Shown: piece after piece, positions 52,950 to 64,000 of the stretch
Position numbering within the stretch: the first letter of the stretch is position 1
How the letters are laid out: the number at the start of each line of letters is the position of its first letter
Origin: Octopus vulgaris
Taxonomy: Eukaryota
Assembly (NCBI GenBank): GCA_951406725.2
Contig: OX597815.1
Location: forward strand, 17,484,001-17,548,000
Reading direction: 5' to 3'
Length of the DNA stretch: 64,000 nucleotides
The notes under the pieces: generated by a model
Told to the model about the DNA's origin: nothing
Databases searched by the model: none
Seen by the model: the letters and a program-made list of their open reading frames with translations, nothing else
Program-made: the position numbers and the translations under genes

Positions 52950-53150
52950 CAAATGCATGTGCTACACATTAGCTCACGCCTGCCATCAAATTTACCTTGT
53001 CTGAACAGGTGTACGATGCGCCACGCTATGGATGTCGAGAGAATCGACAAACTGAGATGAAGTGTTTTGTTCAAGAACACAACGCACCACCGAGTCAGGG
53101 AATTGAAGCTACGATCTCGCGATACTCTAACCACGAAGGCCATGCACCCT
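52950..53150 (-). mobile_element. Old CORE-like tRNA SINE
   Basis: Decayed A/B boxes and GCGTTGTGTTCTTGAACAAAACACTT segment. Confidence 0.55.
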
Positions 53151-53328
53151 CCCCCCATTTAAACATATATGTAAATAGATTTGCTACTTATTGCCATTTG
53201 TATTCTTGAAATGATGTATACAGCTCTGACGAGACACCAATAAGGATTGAAAATCGATTAAAGATGTACCTCATTTCTTTCCAGTATAAAGTGAACTAGG
53301 TAAATTTGACATGCTTGTATGTCTACAC

Positions 53329-53378
<50 letters not shown>

Positions 53379-53381
<3 letters not shown>

Positions 53382-53784
53382 TGGCTGTGTGGTAAGTAGC
53401 TTGCTTACCAACCACATAGTTCTAGGATCAGTCCCATTGCGTGGCACCTTGGGCAAGTGTTTTCTACTATAGCCTCGGGCCGACCAAAGCCTTGTGAGTG
53501 GATTTGGTAGACGGAAACTGAAAGAAGCCCGTCGTATATATATTTATGTTTATATATATATATGTGTGTGTGTGTGTATATGCTTGTGTGTGTATATGCT
53601 TGTGTTTGTACCTCCAACATCGCTTGACAACCGATGCTGGTGTGTTTACGTCCCCGTAACTTAGCGGTTCGGCAAAAAGACACCGATAGAATAAGTACCA
53701 GGCTTACAAAGAATAAGTTGATTTGCTCGACTAAAGGCGGTGCTCCAGCATGCCCACAGTCAAATGACTGAAACAAGTAAATGA

Positions 53785-53785
<1 letters not shown>
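53379..53785 (+). mobile_element. SINE B
   Basis: Family B match. Confidence 0.9.
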
Positions 53786-53810
<25 letters not shown>

Positions 53811-53821
<11 letters not shown>

Positions 53822-54177
53822 GGCAGTTTGTCTGTGCGTGTTTCTGTGTGTCTGTTTGCTTGTACCCTCACCCTGACCACGGCTTTCAACCGATTCTGAT
53901 GAAACTTGACACACACATAGCCCAATGTCATAATTCAAAACTAACGCAGCGAAAATTTTGAAAAGTTCCCCCAGTTCTGAAAAAAATCGATAAATTCGAC
54001 ATGGGGTCGAGAATCAGAAACACGAACCACAAACTGTCTAGGGGACGCAACTCCACCTTTTTTAAATCCCCCAAAAAATTTACCATCATTTTTTTCCATT
54101 TTTTGGCTATAACTCTCTAAAAATGCTTTATAGTTATTTCCCTTACAAACCTGAGCAACGCCGGGCGCTACTGCTAG
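53811..54177 (+). mobile_element. Non-autonomous Helitron (same family as 29623)
   Basis: Near-identical reverse complement; hairpin then CTAG|T; 5' end merges into (TA)n. Confidence 0.88.
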
Positions 54178-55284
54178 TATATATATATATATACATACAT
54201 GTAAATATGTATATACATGTAAATATGTATGTGTGTATGGCATTTTGTGTTGTTCGTTTGAAAATTGCTGCTTAAACTTTGAATGCTATTTTCCTGTTTA
54301 TTTGTATGAAACAAGTGCATCACATGAGGTTTACAGTAATCTCTTTCTCTTTTAAATCTCTTTAAATACGGCAGTTTTGTTATCAAGCAACTCTAACATT
54401 GAATATATAACTTAGTGATTATTTAATATATTAAATGTAACCATACAATGTCAACAAGACGGACGTAACTGCTATTTGTATTTAGCAGAGATAACATATT
54501 GAAAATTACATTCAATTTTATCAACGACAATAACTTCAAATGCAAGTCTAGGTGTATTTTAAACTTATGACACACAGCTAAATATTTTAAAATCTAAAGT
54601 TACCTTTAAATCCGAATGAATATTCTCTATGCTTAGCGAATGCACTTGTTCACATTTCGTGTGTATGTATGTGTACACTACAAAAGCAGAAATATATAAT
54701 TACGTGAGCGTCTTATCTCGGCGTTCAATGGACTTCAATTTATAACGATTTCTTGTAACAAATCAGTCAATTTGTTTTCTCTGACACTTGGGAGTGTTTT
54801 CATTCCATTGCCATTAATTCTTATTCACATTATCTTATTAAGTATGCTTTGATTAATTCAGAGAAAAGAAATTAAAATGTACCCCCACTAGCAATTTAAT
54901 TAATTAGGTTAATAATGATATTATTTTATCGGTATGATACCTTTTCAATTGGAATAATGGTTCAAATTCTCTTAGAGTAATATCTACGCAACATTTCATG
55001 CTTAATTTCCGGAAGGGTCGAGCAAGACTCCACTTCAAGATGAAAATTGCGATACCTGTTCATAAAATTCATATTTCTTTCCGTTTTTTAACATCTCTTT
55101 TGAAAGTATTTCTTAGAAATAAATTCTCTGAAAACAACTTAATTCGCCCATCAATTGAAAAAATGTCGCAGCTGGCCATGAATCTCCCCAGAATCTACAT
55201 CACTATTGTTTTTTAGTTCAATGCTAATGACAACTAAGTTTGTCAGGGAATAATAGGCCAAACAGTTTGCCTAATTTAATAAAC

Positions 55285-56046
55285 TGTTTCTTTATTACCC
55301 ACAAGGGGCTAAACACAGAAGGGACAAACAAGAACAGACAAACGGATTAAGTCGATTACATCGTAACTGGTACTTAATTTATCGACCCCGAAAGGACGAA
55401 AGGCAAAGTCGACCTCGGTGGAATTTGAACTCAGAACGTAGCAGCAGGCAAAATACCTATTTCTTTACTGTCCACAAGGGGCTAAACACAGAAAGGACAA
55501 ACAAGGACAGACAAACGGATTAAGTCGATTACATCGACTCCAGTGCGTAACTGGTACTTAATTTATTGACCTCGAAAGGATGAAAGGCAAAGTCGACCTC
55601 GGCGGAATTTGAACTCCGAACGAAGCGGCAGACGAAATACCTATTTCTTTACTACCCACAAAGGTCTGAGGACAAAGACAGACAAACGGATTAAGTCGAT
55701 TATATCGACCCCAGTGCGTAACTGGTACTTAATTTAATTGACCCCGAAAGGATGAAAGACAAAGTCGACTTCGGCAGAATTTGAACTCAGAATGTAGCGG
55801 CTGGCGAAATACCTATTTCTTTACTGCCCATAAGGGGTTAAACACAGAAAGGACAAACAAGGACAGACAAAGGGATTAAGTCGATTATATCGACCCTAGT
55901 GCGTAACTGGTACTTAATTTATAGACCCCGAAAGGATGAAAGGCAAAGTCGACCTCGGCGGAATTTGAACTCAGAACGTAACGGCAGACGAAATACCGCT
56001 AAGCATTTCGCCCGGCGTGCTAACGATTCTGCCAGCTCACCGCCTT
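55285..56046 (-). mobile_element. SINE A tetramer, more diverged
   Basis: Units at 55285, 55458, 55642, 55814. Confidence 0.93.
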
Positions 56047-56382
56047 GCTCCATTGACTTTACGCCATTGACTTTCTGTCTTCCATGTGTATCTCCCAACA
56101 CATTATACATTCGTTTTTTTTTTTTTTTCCTTCTAGTTCCTTCTATCTTGACAAAGAACGTGTCTCCGAAACACGATGTTTTCATTTCCTCCACAGCCCA
56201 ATTATATCGATTTTGCACTCTTGTTTGTGTTTCTTTTACTCTGTTTTCGTTCGTGTCTTACCTGGATATTAATTACTTCTCTTACATAGACCTGTCTCAG
56301 ACTGCAACTGATTTATTTTACTGCATGTCTTTGTATGAATTGACTCTGTTGCAAGTACTTGTACCAAACTCCTAGTTTACAT

Positions 56383-57463
56383 TGAAGGGCGGCTTCAAGG
56401 CTAGTCTTTTTATAAGGGAACAAGTAATTAGCTGCAAAAAAATAACTCACAGTAATTCCTTTTAAGAGGAGGCACTACTAACAAAAGCAGGGCCTCACAT
56501 CTATTTTGGTTGTTCTAGTTGAGCATCGATCTCACCAGTCTTAAAAGAACGTTGTCACTGGTCAGTCTTTGGATAACTTACATTAGCATTTTTGTTTAAT
56601 CTTAACATAAATTTGAGTGATGTTTCTCTGTCCGTTATGTTGTTATGTTCATTAACTTCTCCTAGACCATTGGTAAAAGGACCTCAAACCTGCAATTTCT
56701 CTAATCCCAGGGAATGTCCTAAGGGGTTCAATTTTTTTAAGGGTCACCTAATTGGGGCCCCACATCCCCCTATTTTTACTACATTTTAAGCTAGATACAT
56801 GGTATAGACGACCGAATCGGAGCAATGACAATGAATTTCATCCTATGAACTCTCAGGGAGTATTGTAAGGAGGTTCAATTTCTCAAGGGCTGCTTAAATG
56901 CGGCCCCACTGACCCCTATTTTTACTGCATTTACCTTGATCCTACGCTTATTGATTAAACTATATGCATCAGTGTTTAGCACATCTGCAGAAACTAGAAA
57001 CTAGCTGTATGTCGACTGGCAAATCTGACAGTAAGCGGTCCAAGGGTTGATTCACCGACGCACTGTTACAGAGATGGAATTGACATTACATGTTAACAAA
57101 GTAATGGACATGAGGTTTAAGTATGGGTGCGAGTGAAGTATAGGTATTGAGTGTAAGGATGTATGGATATATGTCAGGTAGGGAGTTTGGAATGGGGTAT
57201 CGGATAATTAATACCAGGAGATACATACACAATGAATGTGTCCGAATCCATTACATTATACCTAGGCAGAGGGCTGCGAAGCGGCCTGATAGTGGAGCCG
57301 AAGGCCTCAAAGGTGCCTTCCACGGGAGATAGCCTAAATGGTGCCTGAAGGGCGGCTTCAAGGTTAGTCTTTTTATAAGGGAACAAGTAATTAGCTGCAA
57401 AAAAATAACTCACAGAAATTCCTTTTAAGAGGAGGCACTACTAACAGAAGTAGGGCCTCACAT
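56383..57463 (+). mobile_element. Helitron-like unit bounded by 118-bp direct repeats containing a tail-to-head junction
   Basis: Repeats 56383-56500 and 57346-57463, each hairpin-(C/T)TAG|TCTTTTTATAA. Confidence 0.65.
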
Positions 57464-57660
57464 ATCTAATATAGTGAGTTGAAAACTTCAATCAACTGAA
57501 ATGATTCATGAAATTAGTCAATAAAACTCACCCTAGCGATGTTTAAAATTTGAAAACGTTGATCAAAAGTTTTTAAGAGTAGAGGAAATGCAAATTGAAG
57601 TGAAAGCGATGAAAATTTTAGACATCAGAATAATAAACTTTCTTTTATAAAGTTCTCATT

Positions 57661-57833
57661 ATAGGTGTAGGAGTGGCTGTGTGGTAAGTAGCTTGCTTAC
57701 GAACCACATGATTTCAGGTTCAGTCCTACTCTGCGTGGCACCTTGGGCAAGTGTCTTCTACTATAGCTCCGGGCCGATCAAAGCCTTGTGAGTGGATTTG
57801 GTAGACGGAAACTGAAGAGGACCATCGTATATA

Positions 57834-57871
<38 letters not shown>

Positions 57872-58050
57872 GTTTGTGTGTCAGTGTTTGTCCCCCCAAC
57901 ATCGCTTGACAACCGATGCTCGGCAAAAGAGACCGATAGAATAAGTTCTAGGCTTCCAAAGAATAAGTCCTGGGATCGATTTGCTCGACTAAATGCGGTG
58001 CTCCAGCATGGCTACAGCCAAATTACTAAAACAAGTAAAAGAGTAAAGAG
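57661..58050 (+). mobile_element. SINE B
   Basis: Family B match with internal deletion. Confidence 0.88.
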
Positions 58051-58683
58051 TATTAGCTTTCGTACAATATATATATACTACTTTTCTCCCTTTAGTCTCT
58101 TATCTTGCAAATATTACATACATTCTCATTGCTTGATCTAAATCCAGATAACCTCCAACCAATTATGCTTAAAGGTTGTTCTTGTTTCCTTTAAAAATCC
58201 ACTGCACTTTGTATTTTATATACATCGTAGAAAAAGTTCTCTGAAAAAATACACAGCAGATAGTTCTGTTAACAACGATGAACTAATAAAATCCAAACTA
58301 CAAACCTATGGCTTGCTCAATGACCGTGTTATTGAAAACACCAAGATCAGCTGTCAGTTGCTCTTTTCACATTAGATACTATGAAATAATCATTGATGTG
58401 AACATCTGCCAAGCAATAGATTCATAGTTTGAGTTCTGTCAATAAACTTGTTGCTCCTTTTTATCTCAAAACGGTGTCTTGAGTTGAAGACGGGGAGGAT
58501 GACTTCCCTTCACAAATACTGAGAGGGCACAGATAGTGTGTCTATAGCCAGCTGGAGGAGATATCTTCCTGGGGCTACAAACTACAGTAGCATCCACCCT
58601 TAGGGGTTAGCCATATTCAAATGGCAAATATGCGTCACGATGTGTTACCGCTACTGTTTATAACTCGCTCTGAGATTTATCAA

Positions 58684-58955
58684 TCATCATCATCATCATC
58701 ATCATTTAGCGTCCATTTTCCATGCTAGCATGGGTTGGACGGGTCAACTGGGGTCTGTGAAGCTGGAAGGCTTCGTCAGGCCCAGTCAGATCTGGCAGTG
58801 TTTCTACGGCTGGATGCCCTTCCTAACGCCAACCACTCCGCGAGTGTAGTGGGTGTTTTTTACGTGCCACCTGCACATGTGCCAGACAGAGCTGGCGAAC
58901 GGCCACGAACGGATGGTGCTTTTACGTGTCACCGACACGGGGCCAGACAGAGCTG
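58684..58955 (-). mobile_element. Further SINE-like family, 3' part with (GAT)n tail
   Basis: GTTGGCGTTAGGAAGGGCATCCAGCCGTAGAAAC..CCATGCTAGCATGG hairpin, (TGA)n tail. Confidence 0.65.
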
Positions 58956-58965
58956 ATACACGTAA

Positions 58966-59319
58966 TCTTCTATATATATAAACGGCAAAATGTCTGCATG
59001 TGTGTGTGTTCGTTATACAAATCCACAAGTTTTCAGTTAGAGGGCTCGCACTTTCTATGGTCATTCAAAACCATCCAAGGGTGGTCGTGCACATCTTTAC
59101 ATTTCCCCAGTCACCCCGCAAAGCCATTAAAAAATCAATAGAAGTGACTTTTTTTGTGAATTTCTTATCTAAAACCCAATCAAAATGCTCGAAACTTGAT
59201 ACACCAATTGAATGCCAGCTAGCTGTATGTGATTGGTTGGAGATTTGGACAGTACTCGCGTGTATGTGCACACGCACGCAGCTGTATATGCATGCACTAG
59301 CACTATGACCCGGTGCTAG
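58966..59319 (+). mobile_element. Non-autonomous Helitron, third subtype
   Basis: A|TC start with TATATATAAACGGCA shared with 29623 family; ends CTAG|T. Confidence 0.75.
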
Positions 59320-59360
59320 TAGTAATCTAATCATACTGTCTGTATTGCATGAACAGGCAT

Positions 59361-59742
59361 GGAAGCACTCCGTTAGTTCCGACGACGAGGGTTCCGGTTG
59401 ATCCGATCAATGGAACAGCCTGCTCGTGAAATTAACGTGTATGTGGCTGAGCACTCCACAGACACGTGTACCCTTAACATAGTTCTCGGGGATATTCAGC
59501 GTGGCACAGAGAGTGACAATGCCGGCCCTTTGAAATACAGGTACAACAGAAACAGGAAGTAAAAGTAAGAGAAAGTTGTGGTGAAAGAGTACAGCAGGGA
59601 CCACCACCATTCCCTGCCAGAGCCTCGTGGAGCTTTTAGGTGTTTTCGCTCAATAAACACTCACAACGCCCGGTCTGGGAATCGAAACCACGATCCTACG
59701 ACCGCGAGTCCGCTGCCCTAACCACTGGGCCATTGCGCCTCC
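59361..59742 (-). mobile_element. SINE C full length
   Basis: 10-bp TSD GAACAGGCAT at 59351-59360 and 59743-59752. Confidence 0.93.
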
Positions 59743-60405
59743 GAACAGGCATAAACACTGAAAAACAACAGGGAAGGAAAAGACAGGATGAGAAATTATG
59801 CATATACACATATATTGAAAGGCAAAACTTGAAATCACAGTCAACTCTCATTATTCATATTCTGGGTTGACCCAACATTAAATCGAAATTCCATAAATAC
59901 TTAATATTCAATTTTATTTATTCATTCCAGATATGAATCTCTAATAATTGAATGCTGTGAGTTAAAATCCCCGTTTATTTTTTTCCCCTAACATTTGTCT
60001 ATTTATTAGCAAAGTCTCATATAAAATAATTTTCTGCTTTAATCTTGGAATTAAATAGCTTTGTTTTATTGTCAGGTGATTTTTAGCCAACCCTGTGTAT
60101 TCATAATGAATTAGAATCAACTGCCAATATTGAGTCCTTTTACCAGTAAATGTTTGTTAATTAAATTAACACTCCTAATATTACACATATGTGTGTGCAC
60201 ACACACAAGATGGAGAAAAGTTACATAAACTACTGGGTTTGAACCCCATGTGTGTTGTAAACAATATTTTTATGTTTACCACTACACCAGAGGTACATCA
60301 CCACTTTGACCATCCAAATTAGATACTTAACCTAAGTAGCTAAGATTACAAATACTAGTGGCTTGTTAAGAGAGATCTCAGGGCATATAGTGACAATAGA
60401 CAATG

Positions 60406-60444
<39 letters not shown>

Positions 60445-60658
60445 TTATAAGAGATAATGGTGTCATTGAGACCCAAGGGTATCAGGTAATGCTGAATAAG
60501 TGCTATAGACAGACCATAGTTAAGTTCCAGGTTCGGTAATTTTGCGAATAAGGGGTTCAATGTTGGTTCTATGTCAGTGTGTGTATATAAGAACTTTTTG
60601 CGTAATGAGATAAAAGAAACCAAGGCTGAATAGATATTAGAACATCTATAGATAGAAG

Positions 60659-60710
60659 GTCTTACAGCTGTTTCCAGGATATTTATTAATAATATCCCTT
60701 CATCGGAGAC
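60659..60710 (-). ncRNA. Minimal type I hammerhead ribozyme motif (PLE terminus)
   Basis: GTCT-CCGATGA-long AT-rich stem II (GGATATT/AATATCC)-GAAA-CAGCTG-TA-AGAC. Confidence 0.7.
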
Positions 60711-60878
60711 GGTGTGAGAGGATGGTTAAATCATAGTTTAGATGTGATTGAAAATAGAGAGTGAGGTGGAGGAAAGAAAATAGATGCAAGATATGCAGGG
60801 ATTTTGGAGTTATAGATCCATTTTTTAGGCAGAATGGTATATATGTAAGATTCCAATGTCTTATGAGTAAAGTCCAAA

Positions 60879-61007
60879 AGTCCAACAGAGTTTAAAATGG
60901 GTCCTTCCAAATATAGAGTTTATACACAATGTTTCATAAGGCATTGGAATCTTACATTGTGTATAAACTCTATATTTGGAAGGATCCATTTTAATCTCTG
61001 TTGGACT
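60879..61007. repeat. Inverted repeat, 54-bp arms
   Basis: 60879-60932 vs 60954-61007; spacer is itself the inverse of 60843-60866. Confidence 0.92.
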
Positions 61008-62666
61008 AATATTGTGAAAAATTATATGGTTATGGACAGGGTGTCTAATTTTGGCATATTTGGCATTAGAAATTTTTTCGTTTGCCCTTATTTATAAGTT
61101 GTTTATAAATTTAACCTTTAAAGGTATTTTTTAATATGCTGGCCATTGATAAAATTTTTTTTTGTTCGAAAAAAAAAAATTTTATCCTACATTAAATATA
61201 TATATATAATCATATATATCTAGTTGTTTCAAAGGACTGTGGCCATGCTGGGGTAGTAACACATGAGTACCTTGTGTTAAATTTAGTAACAGAATAACCT
61301 TAAATTAATTTAAATAATCAAATTCCTTGAAATTAAAGCAAATAAATAAATATGCAATATTTCCTCTTTGAGGCATCACCTTCTCGGTTGATTAGATTAA
61401 CCCCTATAATTATTTTACCAGCTATGGAAGAGTGAAAGTGAACAAGGTTTTAAATTAAAATGAAAAAAACACATGGTAACCAAATACACATGGTAACCAA
61501 ATACACATGGTATCTTATCTGATACTCTAACAATTCTGTCATTCAGCCATTCATATACATATGAAACAACACAAAAACAAAGAATGTAGATAAATACACT
61601 TTTTAATATTATCAAAAAAAGTGTTGGATTGGACATAGAATAAAAAAGAGCAACAATGGTTTCATAAAATCTGTTGGTTTGTCTTTGGGAGTGCAAACAA
61701 GTAATAATAATAGTAATAATAATAATAATAATCATAATAATAATAATGATAATGGTACATACATACATACATACATACAAAATAAATTGTTTAATGTATG
61801 TTTCCAGATTTTGTAGGCTTGTTTCAGAGAGATTTGAGCTCAAGCTTAATATTTTGAAGACATAGAGACTTGGACTGTGATCAAAGGAAGTCATAATTTA
61901 TATAAGAAAGCAATTTCAAATGACAAGTATGAAAGAAACAGTTTTAAGATCAAATTCAACTACTGTCATCAAACGAATATTGCTACAATCATGTACAAGA
62001 ATTATGCTAACAATAACAAAACAATAACAACAGTGATGATATGGGTATCACCTGGTATTTATAACAAGTAGTGTCTATGTATATATATGTGGGTGTGAAT
62101 ATTTTAGTTGAAATAAAATATTAAAATATTAGCAAATGGTTATCATAATGGCTATTTCTAGGATTACACAAAAAGTATAATTGAGTGGCTCCTATGTTGG
62201 ATCTAATTGAAAATAGTTCTGTAGTAAAGTATATGGAACAAATAAATAAGGTTTATTATTATATAATATATAAAGGAGTTAAATAAAACAAATAGAAAAT
62301 TCAATGTTTAATTGTAAAGGAGAAACGAAAACTGTATGAATACAAGGGTGGTAGAGTGTGGGGGAAGGGCTGAGGAATGCTCAAAGCTAACAAGTTGTAG
62401 AAGAGAATCAAAACATTAACAGAACAGAGTTTGGTCTGATAGAAAAGAGAACAGAATAAAGTGAGAGAAGAAAGCCTAACGGGAAGGGTCAATGAAACTG
62501 ATTCAGTAAAAAGAACGAAGGGCATTGATAGATGTATAGCTGGGGAGTGATATGTATATATTTTATATGCATTTGTATATTCTGATAATTTATGCAACAG
62601 TGAAGCTTAAATACATACATATATATATATATACTTTATTTAAAGCAGCAGAAAATTCAACAAAAT

Positions 62667-62704
62667 CTGTTACTCTGAGTTTCTCGTTGCCGTTCATCAG
62701 ACAG
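62667..62704 (-). ncRNA. Minimal type I hammerhead ribozyme motif
   Basis: CTGT-CTGATGA-ACG gcaa CGA-GAAA-CTCAGAG-TA-ACAG. Confidence 0.78.
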
Positions 62705-62714
62705 CTAGCAAAAA

Positions 62715-62752
62715 CTGTCTGATGAACGGCAACGAGAAACTCCGAGTAAAAG
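62715..62752 (+). ncRNA. Minimal type I hammerhead ribozyme motif (mirror copy)
   Basis: CTGT-CTGATGA-ACG gcaa CGA-GAAA-CTCCGAG-TA-AAAG; one stem I mismatch. Confidence 0.72.
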
Positions 62753-62999
62753 ATTTTGTTGAATTTTCTGCTGCTTTAAATAAAGCATATAACTCTACCA
62801 CTGGTATTTGAGTACTCTTTTTTTCCACCTTGTTTCACATTTATGTGTTTACTCCAGTACATATATATATATATATATACTTGGTGTATTTACACCTATT
62901 TGTCTCCAGTGAAAAGTTTTCTCCGTTACAAAATATAATGAATGGCTTTCTTATGTGTTTGAATATGCCTCAAGCATACTTGAACTGGTAACAAATTTG

Positions 63000-63320
63000 T
63001 ATATACATACATATATATATGTGTGTGTGTGTGTATGTATGTATGTGTGTGTATATATATGTATGTATGTGTGTATATATATGTATGTATGTGTGTATAT
63101 ATATGTATGTGTGTATATATATTTATGTATGTATGTGTATATATATATATATATGTATGTATGTGTGTATATATATGTATGTATGTATGTGTGTATATAT
63201 ATGTATGTTTGTATGTGTGTATATATATGTATGTATGTATGTGTGTATATATGTATGTGTGTATATATATATATATGTGTATGTATGTGTGTATATATAC
63301 ATGTGTGTGTGCGTGTATGA
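63000..63320. repeat. (TA)n/(TG)n/(TATG)n compound microsatellite
   Basis: Direct reading. Confidence 0.97.
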
Positions 63321-63636
63321 TATTCTTGGTTACAAAACTAAGAAGACCACAATTTAATAGTGCACTGCACTCAATACTTGATAAGATGTAGAGTATAAAA
63401 GAGCATCAATATTTTTTATTTGAAATTTACCTTACAGATGGTCTCGTCTGTTGTAAAAAAAAAATCTATCAGGTGTAGAACACTGTGTCCTCCTTCTGAT
63501 GAAGTTCTAAGAGTGAACCAAAACAAATTAGCTCACCTGTAAGGTGAATACGCAAATAAAATATCTGATTGCATATAAATATATGTGCGAGTGAGTGTAT
63601 GTTTGTGTATATGTGTGTATATGTGCATATATATAT

Positions 63637-63902
63637 ATACTTTATAATAGAGTTCAGCAAAGATTTGCTTTACCACATACCGAAGTTTAGAAATAGCAGC
63701 CAAAGAACCTTAGCTATTTTAAATAGCTAAGATTCTTTGGCTGCTATTTCTAAACTTCCGTATGTGGTAAAGCAAATCTTTGCTGAACCCTATTATAAAG
63801 TATTACTTTAATTTAATGGTCCTTTTTCATGCCGAATTCTACTTGGTGAAATTATTGATTACTTCTTAATTAATTAATTAATTTTTCCCTTTGTTATTGT
63901 TG
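63637..63902 (+). repeat. Family F repeat with 167-bp palindrome
   Basis: 83-bp arms 63637-63719 / 63721-63803, 3 mismatches, (TA)n on both sides. Confidence 0.92.
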
Positions 63903-64000
63903 GTATATATATATTCTCTTGTAGGCTTGATGCAGTACACTTTAACAGATAATTCTGTCTGTGTGTCCAGAGTAACATTCCACTCCTGTACCTGCATTGC

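Larger units (their letters stand above)
62634..62785. repeat. Palindrome, 71-bp arms, 10-nt spacer
   Basis: 62634-62704 vs 62715-62785, 2 mismatches. Confidence 0.97.

Noticed and set aside
60231-60290. Minus-strand tRNA-like A/B boxes
   Set aside because: No convincing cloverleaf; probably a decayed SINE head
61469-61512. 17-bp tandem duplication (also 14-bp at about 34798-34830)
   Set aside because: Ordinary slippage duplications

Overview
AT-rich eukaryotic repeat DNA. The repeat families are most consistent with an octopus (cephalopod) genome; this is recognition from memory, not a search result. No intact host protein-coding gene could be supported, and nearly all ORF-track entries are microsatellite or SINE read-throughs. 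The window is a mosaic of: three abundant tRNA-headed SINE families (called A, B, C here) plus rarer ones; a decayed full-length Merlin (IS1016-like) DNA transposon with related MITEs; non-autonomous Helitrons; mariner and piggyBac MITEs; fragments of Penelope-like (PLE), R4/Dong-like, Tx1/L1-like, RTE-like and CR1/L2-group retrotransposons; and long (TA)n/(TG)n/(TAA)n tracts. Most notable: (1) four independent head-to-tail SINE-A multimers that rejoin at the same self-complementary junction, one hexamer bounded by a single 17-bp TSD, suggesting iterative or rolling-circle copying; (2) several minimal type I hammerhead ribozyme motifs in PLE-like termini, one in a near-perfect palindrome that puts a ribozyme on both strands; (3) a SINE segment copied, with flanking DNA, from a locus about 27 kb away; (4) candidate partner elements sharing 3' tails with SINE A and SINE B; (5) a tail-to-head Helitron junction present twice. 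Coordinates were counted by hand and may be off by a few bases.
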